From: Dictyobacter sp.
Lineage (GTDB): Bacteria; Chloroflexota; Ktedonobacteria; Ktedonobacterales; Ktedonobacteraceae
Assembly: GCA_035493535.1 (NCBI GenBank)
Contig: DATJIE010000035.1
Coordinates: 10,053-74,052, forward strand
DNA length: 64,000 bases
Direction: 5' to 3'
Both the position numbers and the translations under genes were made by a program. This document shows positions 38,789 to 48,951 of the stretch, piece after piece (position 1 is the first letter of the stretch; each line of letters starts with the position of its first letter). Below the pieces are notes generated by a model that worked only from the letters and a program-made list of their open reading frames with translations, was not told the origin of the DNA and did not search any database.

Positions 38789-39135
38789 CTGTTCTCAATA
38801 GTGTTTTTTTGTTTCATATGAAATCGAAAGCATGAATTGGGTGTGGCCGTACCCGCCTCGTGCGACAGCATCACAGCGGGTACATCCGTTGCTTCAATGG
38901 TCATATATGCTTTCTACGTGTGTGTCAGACATTTCAGACAGGATGCTGTGGTAAGCAGGTGGTCCCTATTCATTTTTCATGTTCATACATGTGGTCGTGA
39001 GTGCAATTTTTCTGGTCGCGCAAACTATGCTCAGCTCTAAAAAACTGCTATACTTTGAAACAATGATATACCTGTTGCATTTTTCTACTATTATGATCCA
39101 ATCAGCATAAATACAATCAGGAAAATATATAGAAT

Positions 39136-39903
39136 ATGGCAAAGCTTAAAGTGTTATTGGTCGATGATCATGGTCCACTCCGCAAGGCGCTCCATGAGGG
39201 TCTGGAAGTGACCGGGGATATTCATGTGATTGATGAGGCTGCGACGGGACGGGAAGCGGTTGAACGAGCCTTAGAATTGGACATGGATGTAATCCTTATG
39301 GATGTGCAACTGCAAGATCCTCAGGTAGGTAGACGTGCTTTGAGTGGAGTTGGAGCGGCTGTGGCGATTCGCCGTGAGCGACCACGAATGCCTGTTGTTT
39401 TCTATTCGATTCAAGATGATGATGAATATTATCGTGAGTTCCGCGCCGCTGGTATTTTGACACATTATGCCTATGTTCGTAAAAGTAATTATCTTTTACC
39501 CAGTATGCTGGTGCCATTGTTGCGTGATGCCGTAAATGGGCGCAGCCTGGTTGATCCTGAAATTGAGGACCGGGTACAGGAGGTGCGTGATATGGATGAG
39601 CAATCTCCTCGTGCCTTATTGGAACCAAACGAATTACGTGTTGCTGAGTTGATGGCTCAGGGGATGACCAACGAGCAGATCGCGACGCGGTTGAATTTAC
39701 ATGATAAGCGAGCGGTAAGCCGAACGAATGGGCGCATTTATGCGGCCTGGGGCTTGAGCGAAAACGCCGTTGATGATAAAGTTGCGCGTGCGCGTGCTAC
39801 CTTGATTTACATGTTGAATCGTATGGTAATCTGGAATGAGAATGGTCTTGCCCTGGGGCAAGACCGTCGTGGAGAATGGACTCCCCTGTATAAAGAAGAA
39901 TGA
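39136..39903 (+). CDS. Response regulator, NarL/LuxR family
   Basis: Receiver domain (LLVDDH, DVILMDVQL, terminal K in YVRK) plus LuxR HTH LRVAELMAQGMTNEQIATRL. Extra ~45-aa C-terminal tail. Confidence 0.9.
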   Translation: MAKLKVLLVDDHGPLRKALHEGLEVTGDIHVIDEAATGREAVERALELDMDVILMDVQLQDPQVGRRALSGVGAAVAIRRERPRMPVVFYSIQDDDEYYREFRAAGILTHYAYVRKSNYLLPSMLVPLLRDAVNGRSLVDPEIEDRVQEVRDMDEQSPRALLEPNELRVAELMAQGMTNEQIATRLNLHDKRAVSRTNGRIYAAWGLSENAVDDKVARARATLIYMLNRMVIWNENGLALGQDRRGEWTPLYKEE

Positions 39904-39907
39904 TGTT

Positions 39908-42310
39908 ATGCCACATTTTTTGTCTGTACCTGCACTGATATTACAAACAATCGCGCTTGCTCTTTCTGTCTTTAATTTGATTGCATTTCTCTGGTTAGCC
40001 TGTACAGTCTGGCTCAATGGCGATCGGCGCAGTATGATCACACATGTTGGTGTGGTAGGATTGGGACTATCAGCGCTTTTTTTCTTCACACAAGCAATTT
40101 TGATATCCAGCCCTTTATCCTCCGGCGGTGGGAGTGGTATCGTCAGTGAGAATTTCCTCTGGCGTCTGATCTGGTTTCCCGCGCTTGGTGTGCCTTACAT
40201 CTGGTTTGTGATTGGTTTATATTATGCCTCGCTAATCAATGTGCAGTGGCGGAAAAGGCGACCGATTTTGCTGATCCTCAGTGCGGTGATGGGATGTGTG
40301 GTGATGGGATTGCTGATCCAGAATCGGTCCATCTTTACGTTTCGCGAAACATTAATTCTCTTCGCCTCCAGTAACATCCATCTGGATATTCATAGCGCGA
40401 TCTTTACACCGATTGTCTCTGTGCCTATTCTGTTTTTGTGCTATGTAACATTCTGCGCGATTGGTCCCTGGTTTACGCCGAGCCGCGTCTGGCGCTTGTT
40501 TGTGGCGATATTGAATATAGGACGTTGGCGACAGCGACCTGTCTCACTACGGCAGAGTCTGGCGGATGCGTACTGGAATGATCAGGTGCAGGCCGAGCAA
40601 CTTGAGGAGCCTAATTTTTCCTGGCATCTGGCACGTCCCATCTTACTGCTTGCTGCGTTAGTAATGGTGTGCTTAACAATCAGTCTTGGTTTGATCGGTG
40701 GCTGGTCTATTTTTCATCTATTGCATCTGTTGGATGTTGATAGCTTTTCGGTGCTACCGTCTGCGATAGATTTGCAGTACATTCCGGTGCCATTACTGAT
40801 TATGGATATGTATGCAACAGGATGTGTCTCGTTCATTGTTCTCTTAATTGGTTATTCGATTGTGCGGCATGGCATTCTGATTGAACGACCGCTGGCACGT
40901 CGCGGCTTTCTTGAGCAATGGCGCGGCATTGTTATTTTCGCGACGACACTGGCTCTGTTTATCTCCTTACTGGCAATTGTGACACGGAGTTCGCTCGGAG
41001 CCTTATTATTGATTACCGCCATTACAACTGGCACTTATGCTTTGTTTACCTGGAGCAGTTACACGGTTCATGATCGTTATATTGAGTTGCTTGGTCCCTT
41101 CTTGCGCAGTTCAAATGTGCGCCATTGGTTAAGTACTGATTTGCAGAAGACCGAGCAAAGTATGGAGATGCTGTTTTCGCATCTTTGTAAGCAGGTCTTG
41201 GAGGTACAATGTGCGCGTCTGGTGGTGCTGGCCGGTCCTGTTCGTCGTAGTTTTAATTATCGTTGGCCGATGGTTAATGATGAAGAATTTGCGGAGCGTC
41301 TGCGTACGCCTCGTGCGGAGAAAGTATATCTATCTGCGCAACAGAACCGACATCTCTACCATAGCTATGCATCCGATGAACAGATTCTCGCTTATCGGGT
41401 GCGGATGGTTGTGGAGGAGACGCCTGTTATCTGCTGGGTATTACCAATTTATGATGAGTTGGGATTAGTGGCGGAACTTTATCTGGGACCAAGACAAGAT
41501 GGTGGCGTTTTTACCAACGAGGATATGGGGTTAGCGCAAGCCTGTTGTCAACGTATTCTTGATGCGTTGCGGAATCACGAAGCTATGCTCTCGGTTGCTG
41601 GTCTGTTGCGACGGCGCATTGTGGATGTGAAATTGGCGGGTGTGCAGCAGCGGCGGGTGTTACATGATGAGATTTTGCCCATGTTACATCTGGCCTTATT
41701 GCGTCTGGAGACGGTACGTTCTTCGCGTACGCAAGAAATGGCTCATCTGGAATGTGCTGAGGCACATCGTTCAAATCAGGTGCTCAATGAGGCTGTCGTC
41801 TCGCTCAGTGATGTACACCGTCAACTGGCTGCGATGATGAGGACAATGGCGACAGGAGCGCCTCATCGTCTGGAGCGTGATGGTATGATGCATGCTATCC
41901 ATACCATGTTGGAACAAGATTTTCAGCATACGTTTGATCAGATTGTATGGGATGTTTCAGAGGAGACGGCTCGGCGTATTGATGATCTTGTTCCACCAGC
42001 TATTGCTGAACTCATTTTTGCAGCGGTGCAGGAAGTGCTACGCAATGCCGGGAGACATGCACGTGGGACGGACCTACATCGTCGATTAAGTCTTTCTCTT
42101 ACCGCTTCCTGCGATTCGTATCTGGAAGTGATTGTGGCTGATGATGGGGTAGGAATTGTGGCATCGAGTAGCGCGACAACGGGAACTGGTGGTGGGTTAT
42201 TGACACATAGCGCATTATTAGCTATTGCAGGTGGTAGTTTGACGGTGAAGACGGGACCGGGTGAAGGTGTGGTGGTACGTATTTATTTGCCGATCAACGC
42301 TCTACAATAA
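39908..42310 (+). CDS. Polytopic sensor histidine kinase (HisKA_3 / HATPase_c) with a GAF-like middle domain
   Basis: About 10-12 TM helices, H-box VLHDEILPMLH, N-box EVLRNAGRHA and G-box VADDGVGI. ATG 39908 lies 4 nt after the regulator stop and is preferred over the ORF-track start 39836. Confidence 0.85.
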   Translation: MPHFLSVPALILQTIALALSVFNLIAFLWLACTVWLNGDRRSMITHVGVVGLGLSALFFFTQAILISSPLSSGGGSGIVSENFLWRLIWFPALGVPYIWFVIGLYYASLINVQWRKRRPILLILSAVMGCVVMGLLIQNRSIFTFRETLILFASSNIHLDIHSAIFTPIVSVPILFLCYVTFCAIGPWFTPSRVWRLFVAILNIGRWRQRPVSLRQSLADAYWNDQVQAEQLEEPNFSWHLARPILLLAALVMVCLTISLGLIGGWSIFHLLHLLDVDSFSVLPSAIDLQYIPVPLLIMDMYATGCVSFIVLLIGYSIVRHGILIERPLARRGFLEQWRGIVIFATTLALFISLLAIVTRSSLGALLLITAITTGTYALFTWSSYTVHDRYIELLGPFLRSSNVRHWLSTDLQKTEQSMEMLFSHLCKQVLEVQCARLVVLAGPVRRSFNYRWPMVNDEEFAERLRTPRAEKVYLSAQQNRHLYHSYASDEQILAYRVRMVVEETPVICWVLPIYDELGLVAELYLGPRQDGGVFTNEDMGLAQACCQRILDALRNHEAMLSVAGLLRRRIVDVKLAGVQQRRVLHDEILPMLHLALLRLETVRSSRTQEMAHLECAEAHRSNQVLNEAVVSLSDVHRQLAAMMRTMATGAPHRLERDGMMHAIHTMLEQDFQHTFDQIVWDVSEETARRIDDLVPPAIAELIFAAVQEVLRNAGRHARGTDLHRRLSLSLTASCDSYLEVIVADDGVGIVASSSATTGTGGGLLTHSALLAIAGGSLTVKTGPGEGVVVRIYLPINALQ

Positions 42311-42559
42311 GATGCATAAATGGTGGGTCTGCTCACTATTAAAAAAATAAGTATGCTCTCTGGGTAGCTGTCATTACGGCATGTACACTTTACTTGTAGA
42401 CAGTCCGTAAGACATAAGGTAGATCTCATAGCATGAAAGAACTGCTGCTATTTGAGTTATACATGGAGCATCTTTTCTATTATCAGTGTAATGTCGAAAT
42501 TGACCGTATGGGCAGCGCAACAGATCACTGATAGTATTGCAGAGAGGAAGTGCGTGGTC

Positions 42560-43459
42560 ATGATACTTATAACTGGAGCCACTGGTTTTATTGGTCGTCA
42601 TCTGGTTGAACGTCTGGTTGCACAGGGAGAACGTCCACGTTGTCTGGTACGAGATAAAGAAAAAGCCGCCCTGGTTCTGCCCGCAGATAAGGTTGAGCTT
42701 ATACAAGGAGCGACGACACTCCCGGCCTCTTTGCCAGAGGCCGTCAAGGGCGTAGATACTATTGTACATGCGGCATTTGTGACCGCTGACCGAAAAGCGA
42801 CGTCACCAACGTTTTATGAAGAGACAAATGTTGGTGGCACATCAAATTTATTGCTGGCGGCAAAAGCGGCTAATGTGAAACGGATCATCGAGATTAGTGG
42901 GCTTGGCACCAAACCAGACAAACCGGGTAGTTACATGCAGGGTCGCTATCTCGCTGAAAAAATGTTGATGGATAGCGGATTGGCTTGGACAATTATTCGA
43001 CCTTCCATGCTTTTTGGGAAAGGATCAACATTCCTTGCCGGGCTGGTTGATCTGATCAAGACATCGCCAGTTGTGCCTCTGGTTGGTGGGGGGAAAATCC
43101 TGTTTCAGCCAATTTACGTTGATGATGTGGTTACAGTAATCGAAAAAGTGCTCGCTGATCCAGAGCAGACGAAAGGGAAGATTTTCACCATTGGTGGACC
43201 TGACTATTATTCATATACACAACTGGTGGATGTGTTAATGAAGACGTTACATATGAATCGATTAAAGGTGTATGCGCCGTTACCGCTCGTCGCGCTTGGT
43301 GCTGCGGGTATGGAGACGGTGATGCCGCATCCACCGTTGACGAAAGCGGCGATGGCCTTGTTTTCGTTTGATAATATTACTGATCAGCGGAGTGTTGAGC
43401 GTGTTTTCGGTTTTAAGCCCTTGTCTCTACAGGAGTATCTAGATACACAAGGTGTCTAA
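42560..43459 (+). CDS. NAD(P)H-binding SDR / NAD-dependent epimerase-dehydratase family protein (NDUFA9-like)
   Basis: Rossmann fold ILITGATGFIGRHLV and YxxxK (YLAEK). ATG 42560 with a GAGAGGAAG SD is preferred over 42452. Confidence 0.8.
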   Translation: MILITGATGFIGRHLVERLVAQGERPRCLVRDKEKAALVLPADKVELIQGATTLPASLPEAVKGVDTIVHAAFVTADRKATSPTFYEETNVGGTSNLLLAAKAANVKRIIEISGLGTKPDKPGSYMQGRYLAEKMLMDSGLAWTIIRPSMLFGKGSTFLAGLVDLIKTSPVVPLVGGGKILFQPIYVDDVVTVIEKVLADPEQTKGKIFTIGGPDYYSYTQLVDVLMKTLHMNRLKVYAPLPLVALGAAGMETVMPHPPLTKAAMALFSFDNITDQRSVERVFGFKPLSLQEYLDTQGV

Positions 43460-43684
43460 AATACTGCCTTTCCATGAAATTGGCTGTGTTATAATAAATG
43501 AGCATGTTTGTCCTTTTTTACGAGGGATGCGTGCTCATGTTTTGCTTTGTAATCATTGGTCATAGTATTCTGAATCTCCATTATTTGCAGTTTTTGAGAA
43601 GGTATATGGGAGGAATGGAGCTTTTTGGCGAGAGGGAGTGCGAGAACGACATTACTCTGACAGGTATAAAATGGAGGAAACTGC

Positions 43685-45607
43685 GTGTCTTTTGCTGAAA
43701 TAGCTGAGAAAATTGGGAATGATTTACGTGCAAATGGAGATGCGTTATTACGTATATCTCGATTGTTGCATGAGCAATCGCGGAAATTAGAGGTCGCTGT
43801 TGAAGGAAAATATGCACACGAAACAAGTGATCCTCGTGTCCGCTTGCTCAGTGATGCATTGCATGTTACCAGAGTCGCGGATCTGGAACTGGTGCGTATT
43901 TATCAGAGCATGCAACGGGTGCAGGCTCTGGTTCAGGGACCGGTTGCGACTTTTCCTGCTCAGATACATGAAGGAACTTTTGAGCGTGAACGCGAGGCAC
44001 TTACAACCAGCATTACCAATTTGACGCAAAAGCGTAATGAACTGGAAACCCTGTATGACATTGGTCGGACACTGAACTCGACATTGGAGTTTGATGAAGT
44101 ATTACGGTTAGTCATGGATCGGGTGATCGAGTTCGTTCATGCGGAGCGTGGTTTCTTGATGCTGGTGAATCCGACTACGGAGGAGTTAGAGTTCAGGATT
44201 GCTCGTGATAATCAGGTCCAGACCATTCCAGAGAGTGTTTTTGCCACCGCGCAGATTAGCCGTAATACTGTGAAGCGTGTTATTCGCACCAGAAAGCCGT
44301 TATTGACTGATGATGCGCAGACTGATGATATGCTGAAGGAGCAGGTCAGCATCATGGCGTATGGCATCCGTTCAATTATGTGCGCACCGCTGGTGGTGCG
44401 TAACCATTGTATTGGTGCTGTCTACGTCGATAGCCGTTTTAATGCTCGCCTGTTCCATCCCAAGCATCTTGAACTCCTGTTAGCCTTTTGTGATCAGGCT
44501 GCGATTGCTATTGATAATGCCAGACTTTTCGCGGATCTGAACAAAGCAATTCAGCAGGTTCGTGAAGATAAGCAATATATGGATAATATTTTTGGTTCTA
44601 TTGCGAATGGGGTGGTGACAACTGACGCGTCGGGACTGATCACGACCTTTAATGCTTCTGCCAGCCTGATTTTGCGCATCAGCCCTTTGCAGGTGCAGGG
44701 CAAGCACTATAGCGAAGCTTTTGGTCTGTTACCGCGAGCTTTAGGGCTTATTGAACTCCTGAATAGTGCGCGGACAGAGCATGAGCATGGAACGGTCGTT
44801 CCGCATGAAGTTGAGTGTGAGATTCCTGGTCGTGAGCAAGAGACGACGGTGAGCTTGAACTTTTATGTTAGCTCCTTGCTGGATACACAGGGCGAGTACA
44901 TTGGTATGGCACTGGTAATCGATGATCGTACCGCATTGAAGCGTTCGGAAGAGCAAGCACGACAGATACGCAGTATCTTTGAGCGCTATGTGCATCCCAA
45001 AGTCGTTGAGCAATTGATTCAAGACCCGATGGCATTGAACCTGGGTGGTGAAACAAAAGAGATTTCAATTGTCTTTGCTGACATCCGTGGATATACCCGT
45101 TTGAGTGAAAACATGGCACCAGAAGAAGTCATGCATTTGATCAATCGGTATCTAAAGATTATGTGTGAAGCTCTATGGGAGGAAGAGGGTACATTGACCG
45201 CATTTCAGGGTGATGCTTTGATGGCGATATTTAATGCACCATTACCCCAGGAGGATCATGCATTACGGGCTGTGCGAGCAGCCTGGAAAATGCGTATGGC
45301 AGTGCAGGAGTATCAGCATTCGCAACCTGAAGAGATTCGTGTTTCGTTTGGTATCGGGGTAAATACAGGACCGGCCACGGTGGGCAATGTGGGAGCATTG
45401 GAACGTTTACAGAACTATACAGCGATCGGCGATGCCGTGAATGTGGCTTCTCGTTTGCAGAATAGTGTGACAGATAATAACATCTTGCTGAATGTTTCAA
45501 CATATCAATATGTACAGCAGTACGTTCAAGTAGGCAAGTCGTTTTCACTTGCCGTCAAGAATAAACGCTCCCCGTTAACGGTGCGCTATTTATTTGGTTT
45601 GCTTTAG
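43685..45607 (+). CDS. GAF-PAS class III adenylate/guanylate cyclase
   Basis: GAF region (LEFDEVLRLVMDRV...GAVYVDS), a PAS-like region and cyclase motifs VFADIRGYTRLSE, GDALMAIFNAP, GIGVNTGPATVGNVG. GTG start with a GGAGGA SD. Confidence 0.88.
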   Translation: MSFAEIAEKIGNDLRANGDALLRISRLLHEQSRKLEVAVEGKYAHETSDPRVRLLSDALHVTRVADLELVRIYQSMQRVQALVQGPVATFPAQIHEGTFEREREALTTSITNLTQKRNELETLYDIGRTLNSTLEFDEVLRLVMDRVIEFVHAERGFLMLVNPTTEELEFRIARDNQVQTIPESVFATAQISRNTVKRVIRTRKPLLTDDAQTDDMLKEQVSIMAYGIRSIMCAPLVVRNHCIGAVYVDSRFNARLFHPKHLELLLAFCDQAAIAIDNARLFADLNKAIQQVREDKQYMDNIFGSIANGVVTTDASGLITTFNASASLILRISPLQVQGKHYSEAFGLLPRALGLIELLNSARTEHEHGTVVPHEVECEIPGREQETTVSLNFYVSSLLDTQGEYIGMALVIDDRTALKRSEEQARQIRSIFERYVHPKVVEQLIQDPMALNLGGETKEISIVFADIRGYTRLSENMAPEEVMHLINRYLKIMCEALWEEEGTLTAFQGDALMAIFNAPLPQEDHALRAVRAAWKMRMAVQEYQHSQPEEIRVSFGIGVNTGPATVGNVGALERLQNYTAIGDAVNVASRLQNSVTDNNILLNVSTYQYVQQYVQVGKSFSLAVKNKRSPLTVRYLFGLL

Positions 45608-45615
45608 GCTATTTG

Positions 45616-46521
45616 TTATAAAGTTTTGCGTAAGACAAAACCTTCTTGTTGCAGACGGATAAACCCGAACCATTCATAGAGTCGATGCGCGTGATAGTTG
45701 TCTTCTTGCGTATTGAGCATGATACGTGAAACATTGGCTTGCTGGAAAAAGCGCACAGCTTCCGCCATTAAACGCGCACCAATGCCCTGATGATTGACGG
45801 AGGGGTGGACTGCGATGCGTACAAGGTAGCCATAGTGATCTTCCAGCGCATTAAATTGATAGCCAATCACAGCGCCATTGAGTTCTGCGACCACGAAGTA
45901 TGGATGGGTTTCAGCGATGTCCGCGAAGGCGATGCTGTTATAGCGCCAGAGTTCCTCAAAGCAGGCATCTTCCAGTTGTAAGAGGGCTTGCATATCGCGT
46001 GATAAATCAACCGGGCGCAGCGTTACCTGCTGATTGCCCTGTGCCGGTATCCCGTAATCGTATTTGTCATACGAATAGAGTGTGCGGTACGGCATAAAGC
46101 CGCCGCGTCCCAGAAGAACGTTCCGCAGCCAGTCATGGTTGGTATCATTGCCAGAATAGTGCAGATAGCGTAAACCCTGTGAGCGCATGTTCTGTGTGAG
46201 TTGGTCAAGCAGAGCCAAAAAAATTTGAATATATTCCTGGCTCATTGTCCAACTGATGCCAAAGCCACTGATCCAGGCCGCTGGTTTACTGGTTACTTGA
46301 GTGAGGAGAAAACCATGCAGGGATGTATTGTGCAGCATGCCTACTGCCGGATAGCGTTTCAACAGTAACGGAAGTTCTGTCAGAGTGAACCGTTGATACA
46401 CATACTCAGATGTACGCAGTAAACGTTCGATTGCATAGATATCGTTGGTATTCAAAGCCCTTACATGTGCATGATCGTATAGCATATTTCCTCTAAAGAC
46501 AAAGACATTTGTTCCGTGCAT
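45616..46521 (-). CDS. GNAT-family N-acetyltransferase (two-lobed, ~300 aa)
   Basis: C-terminal acetyl-CoA motif A, VRIAVHPSVNHQGIGARLM. The N-terminal half has no recognisable motif. Confidence 0.75.
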   Translation of the reverse strand: MHGTNVFVFRGNMLYDHAHVRALNTNDIYAIERLLRTSEYVYQRFTLTELPLLLKRYPAVGMLHNTSLHGFLLTQVTSKPAAWISGFGISWTMSQEYIQIFLALLDQLTQNMRSQGLRYLHYSGNDTNHDWLRNVLLGRGGFMPYRTLYSYDKYDYGIPAQGNQQVTLRPVDLSRDMQALLQLEDACFEELWRYNSIAFADIAETHPYFVVAELNGAVIGYQFNALEDHYGYLVRIAVHPSVNHQGIGARLMAEAVRFFQQANVSRIMLNTQEDNYHAHRLYEWFGFIRLQQEGFVLRKTL

Positions 46522-46745
46522 AGTGTGTATTAAGGAACTATGGTTAGCATACTCAGGTCAGCAAGAGTTTAAAAATCGGGTTGAATATGCATCATAAGTA
46601 TCTTTAGTGTAGCGCCTGGAATAACGAGGCGTCAATAGGTGCCTTTCCACGGTTGGAGCGGGAAGGGAACCGTTCTGAGAGAGCATCACGCATTCGTATG
46701 ATAGTCGAGGTACTGAGGCATGGTATTCTATGCCTCAGTAGTGAT

Positions 46746-47972
46746 TTATTCGTCTGGCTGATCCTGACAGCAGGATGATGAATCGCTGGTAGTTGTTGAT
46801 GTTGTTGGTTCGGTTGCGGATGCTGCGGGTCCTTCGCGTTCGCGCCGTAGTTTTGCGATATCAGGTTTCGGAGCACTTTTCATGCGATAGCCTGTTAATT
46901 TATGGATGCGCCGCAATTCGCCGATCAACACATCTGTATTGATGTGATATGGGACGGTTGGTGCCGGGCCTGCTCCGTCGACTGCTGCGTCATCACCAAG
47001 AAGCTGATTGATACTGGTCACTGCGCAACATGCGTTGGATTCCAGATCATAGCCACCTTCTTGCACCATAATGACGCGGCCCTCACAGAGCAGATCGGCG
47101 AGATGAAGGATGATCTCGTTGAGCTTGGCGAAGCCCGCTGTTGAGAGTAACATCCCTGGATTTTGCAGACCAGTCTCGGCTTTTGTCTCTTTCCAGTGCG
47201 CATCATAGCCAGCGGATACCAGGATCAGTTGCGGTTTGAAACGATCAGCGGCGGGCATCATGATCTGGCGAAAAATCGGCTCGTAAATTTCAAAACCGGC
47301 ATCAGGAGGTAAAGGAACATTGATGTTTGTGCCCACAGCTTCGCCTTCGCCCAATTCATCGGACATTCCGGTCCCTGGAAAGAATGGAGCGGCCTGATGG
47401 ACGGAAAAGTAGAGCACACGTGGATCATCATAGAACATTTCCTGTGTGCCATTACCATGATGGACATCATAGTCAATGATCATCACGCGTTCAAAACCAT
47501 AATGGTCGATAGCATAGCGTGCGGCGACTGCGATATTGTTGAAGATACAAAAGCCAAATGCTGATTCTGAGACAGCATGATGGCCCGGTGGGCGCACCAG
47601 ACAGTACGCATTGTTTATTTCGCCGCGCATCAGTGCATCAAGGGCTGTCAGCGGAGCGCCAGCCGCTTTTATGGCAGCTTCATACGATTTTGCTGACACG
47701 TATGTATCAACATTGAGTTGACGTATGCCATTCATGTGCGCTGCTTGCTGGCTTATATGCTCAACCTCTTGAATGTATGCACGATCATGTACTGCCGCCA
47801 GTTCATCAAGCGTCACGGCTCGTGGTTTGAGATGGACCAGACCTTCACGATCCATCCAGTTGAGAGCATCCAGGTATTTCATCACCATCTCTGTGCGTTG
47901 AGGGCGTTCTGGATGGTGGTCTGGAACGTGATGTTCTTGAAAGATCGGGTCATAGATGAGTGCCGTTGTCAT
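46746..47972 (-). CDS. Histone deacetylase-family (arginase fold) amidohydrolase / protein deacetylase
   Basis: RPPGHHA, DYDVHHGNGTQ and QEGGYD motifs. S/T-rich acidic C-terminal tail containing CC. Confidence 0.9.
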   Translation of the reverse strand: MTTALIYDPIFQEHHVPDHHPERPQRTEMVMKYLDALNWMDREGLVHLKPRAVTLDELAAVHDRAYIQEVEHISQQAAHMNGIRQLNVDTYVSAKSYEAAIKAAGAPLTALDALMRGEINNAYCLVRPPGHHAVSESAFGFCIFNNIAVAARYAIDHYGFERVMIIDYDVHHGNGTQEMFYDDPRVLYFSVHQAAPFFPGTGMSDELGEGEAVGTNINVPLPPDAGFEIYEPIFRQIMMPAADRFKPQLILVSAGYDAHWKETKAETGLQNPGMLLSTAGFAKLNEIILHLADLLCEGRVIMVQEGGYDLESNACCAVTSINQLLGDDAAVDGAGPAPTVPYHINTDVLIGELRRIHKLTGYRMKSAPKPDIAKLRREREGPAASATEPTTSTTTSDSSSCCQDQPDE

Positions 47973-48081
47973 ATATCATCATCCTTCAACAGACAGAGTT
48001 ATATTTTATTATGGTTTCTCGGTCTGTAGAGATCTTCCTGCGCATTTCAGCCATGAAGATCTCTACTTCGTATGTTAGCAG

Positions 48082-48945
48082 CTAGAGCACTTTTTTGACC
48101 AGCTCTGGAATATCGAAAATCGTATCTGCGACTGGCACTTTGGCAGCTTGTAGCGCTGCGACCTTGCCCTGTGCAGTTCCGGTATTGCCAGAGATGATAG
48201 CTCCTGCGTGGCCCATACGTTTCCCTGCGGGGGCTGTACGTCCGGAAATGAACGCCACCACTGGTTTACTCATGGTCTTAATATATTCAGCCGCATCTTC
48301 TTCGTCACTGCCTCCGATCTCTCCACACATCACCACAACCTGCGTCTGTGGATCATTTTCAAAAAGTTGGAGGTAGTCAACAAAGGTTGAGCCAATGATT
48401 GGATCGCCACCGATACCAATACAGGTGGATTGGCCAAGGCCTGCTTCGGTGAGCAGCGAAACAACTTCGTATGTGAGCGTGCCGGAACGTGAGATAAAGC
48501 CAACGGGACCTGGCGTGAAGATCTGATAAGGGATGATCCCGATTTTCCCCGCTCCTGGTGTACAGAGTCCGGGGCAGTTCGGACCAATCAGGCGTGCACC
48601 GTGCTCATGGACAACCAGCATCGCGCGTGTCATCTCAATCACTGGTATACCTTCGGTAATGCAGACAATAAGTTCAATGCCCGCGCTGGCTGCTTCGATG
48701 ATCGCGTCAGCCGCACCGGCGGGTGGCACGAAGATACAGGTCGCGTTCGCATCTGTCTTGATTTTGGCCTGTGCTACGGTATCAAAGACTGGTACGCCCT
48801 CGACGGTCTGTCCACCTTTGCCGGGTGTCACGCCGCCAACAACATTAGTGCCAGCCGCCAGCATATTGTGGGTATGATATTGACCTTCACGTCCGGTGAT
48901 ACCCTGGACAATCACGCGTGTTGTTTTATCAATTAATATGCTCAT
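48082..48945 (-). CDS. sucD: Succinyl-CoA synthetase alpha subunit
   Basis: [22 protein letters not shown] and the phosphohistidine loop GHAGAI. Confidence 0.95.
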   Translation of the reverse strand: MSILIDKTTRVIVQGITGREGQYHTHNMLAAGTNVVGGVTPGKGGQTVEGVPVFDTVAQAKIKTDANATCIFVPPAGAADAIIEAASAGIELIVCITEGIPVIEMTRAMLVVHEHGARLIGPNCPGLCTPGAGKIGIIPYQIFTPGPVGFISRSGTLTYEVVSLLTEAGLGQSTCIGIGGDPIIGSTFVDYLQLFENDPQTQVVVMCGEIGGSDEEDAAEYIKTMSKPVVAFISGRTAPAGKRMGHAGAIISGNTGTAQGKVAALQAAKVPVADTIFDIPELVKKVL

Positions 48946-48951
48946 CTCTTC

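Noticed and set aside
39836-39907. ORF-track N-terminal extensions: kinase 39836, SDR 42452, DUF2419 18123, mraY 15356, cysE 56180, LLM 58267, sigA 24944.
   Set aside because: Each extension starts at a non-ATG codon or lacks an SD. Each also overlaps the upstream gene or a promoter-like element. Internal ATGs with an SD, matching typical family N-termini, were preferred. Start choice remains uncertain without proteomics or homolog alignment.
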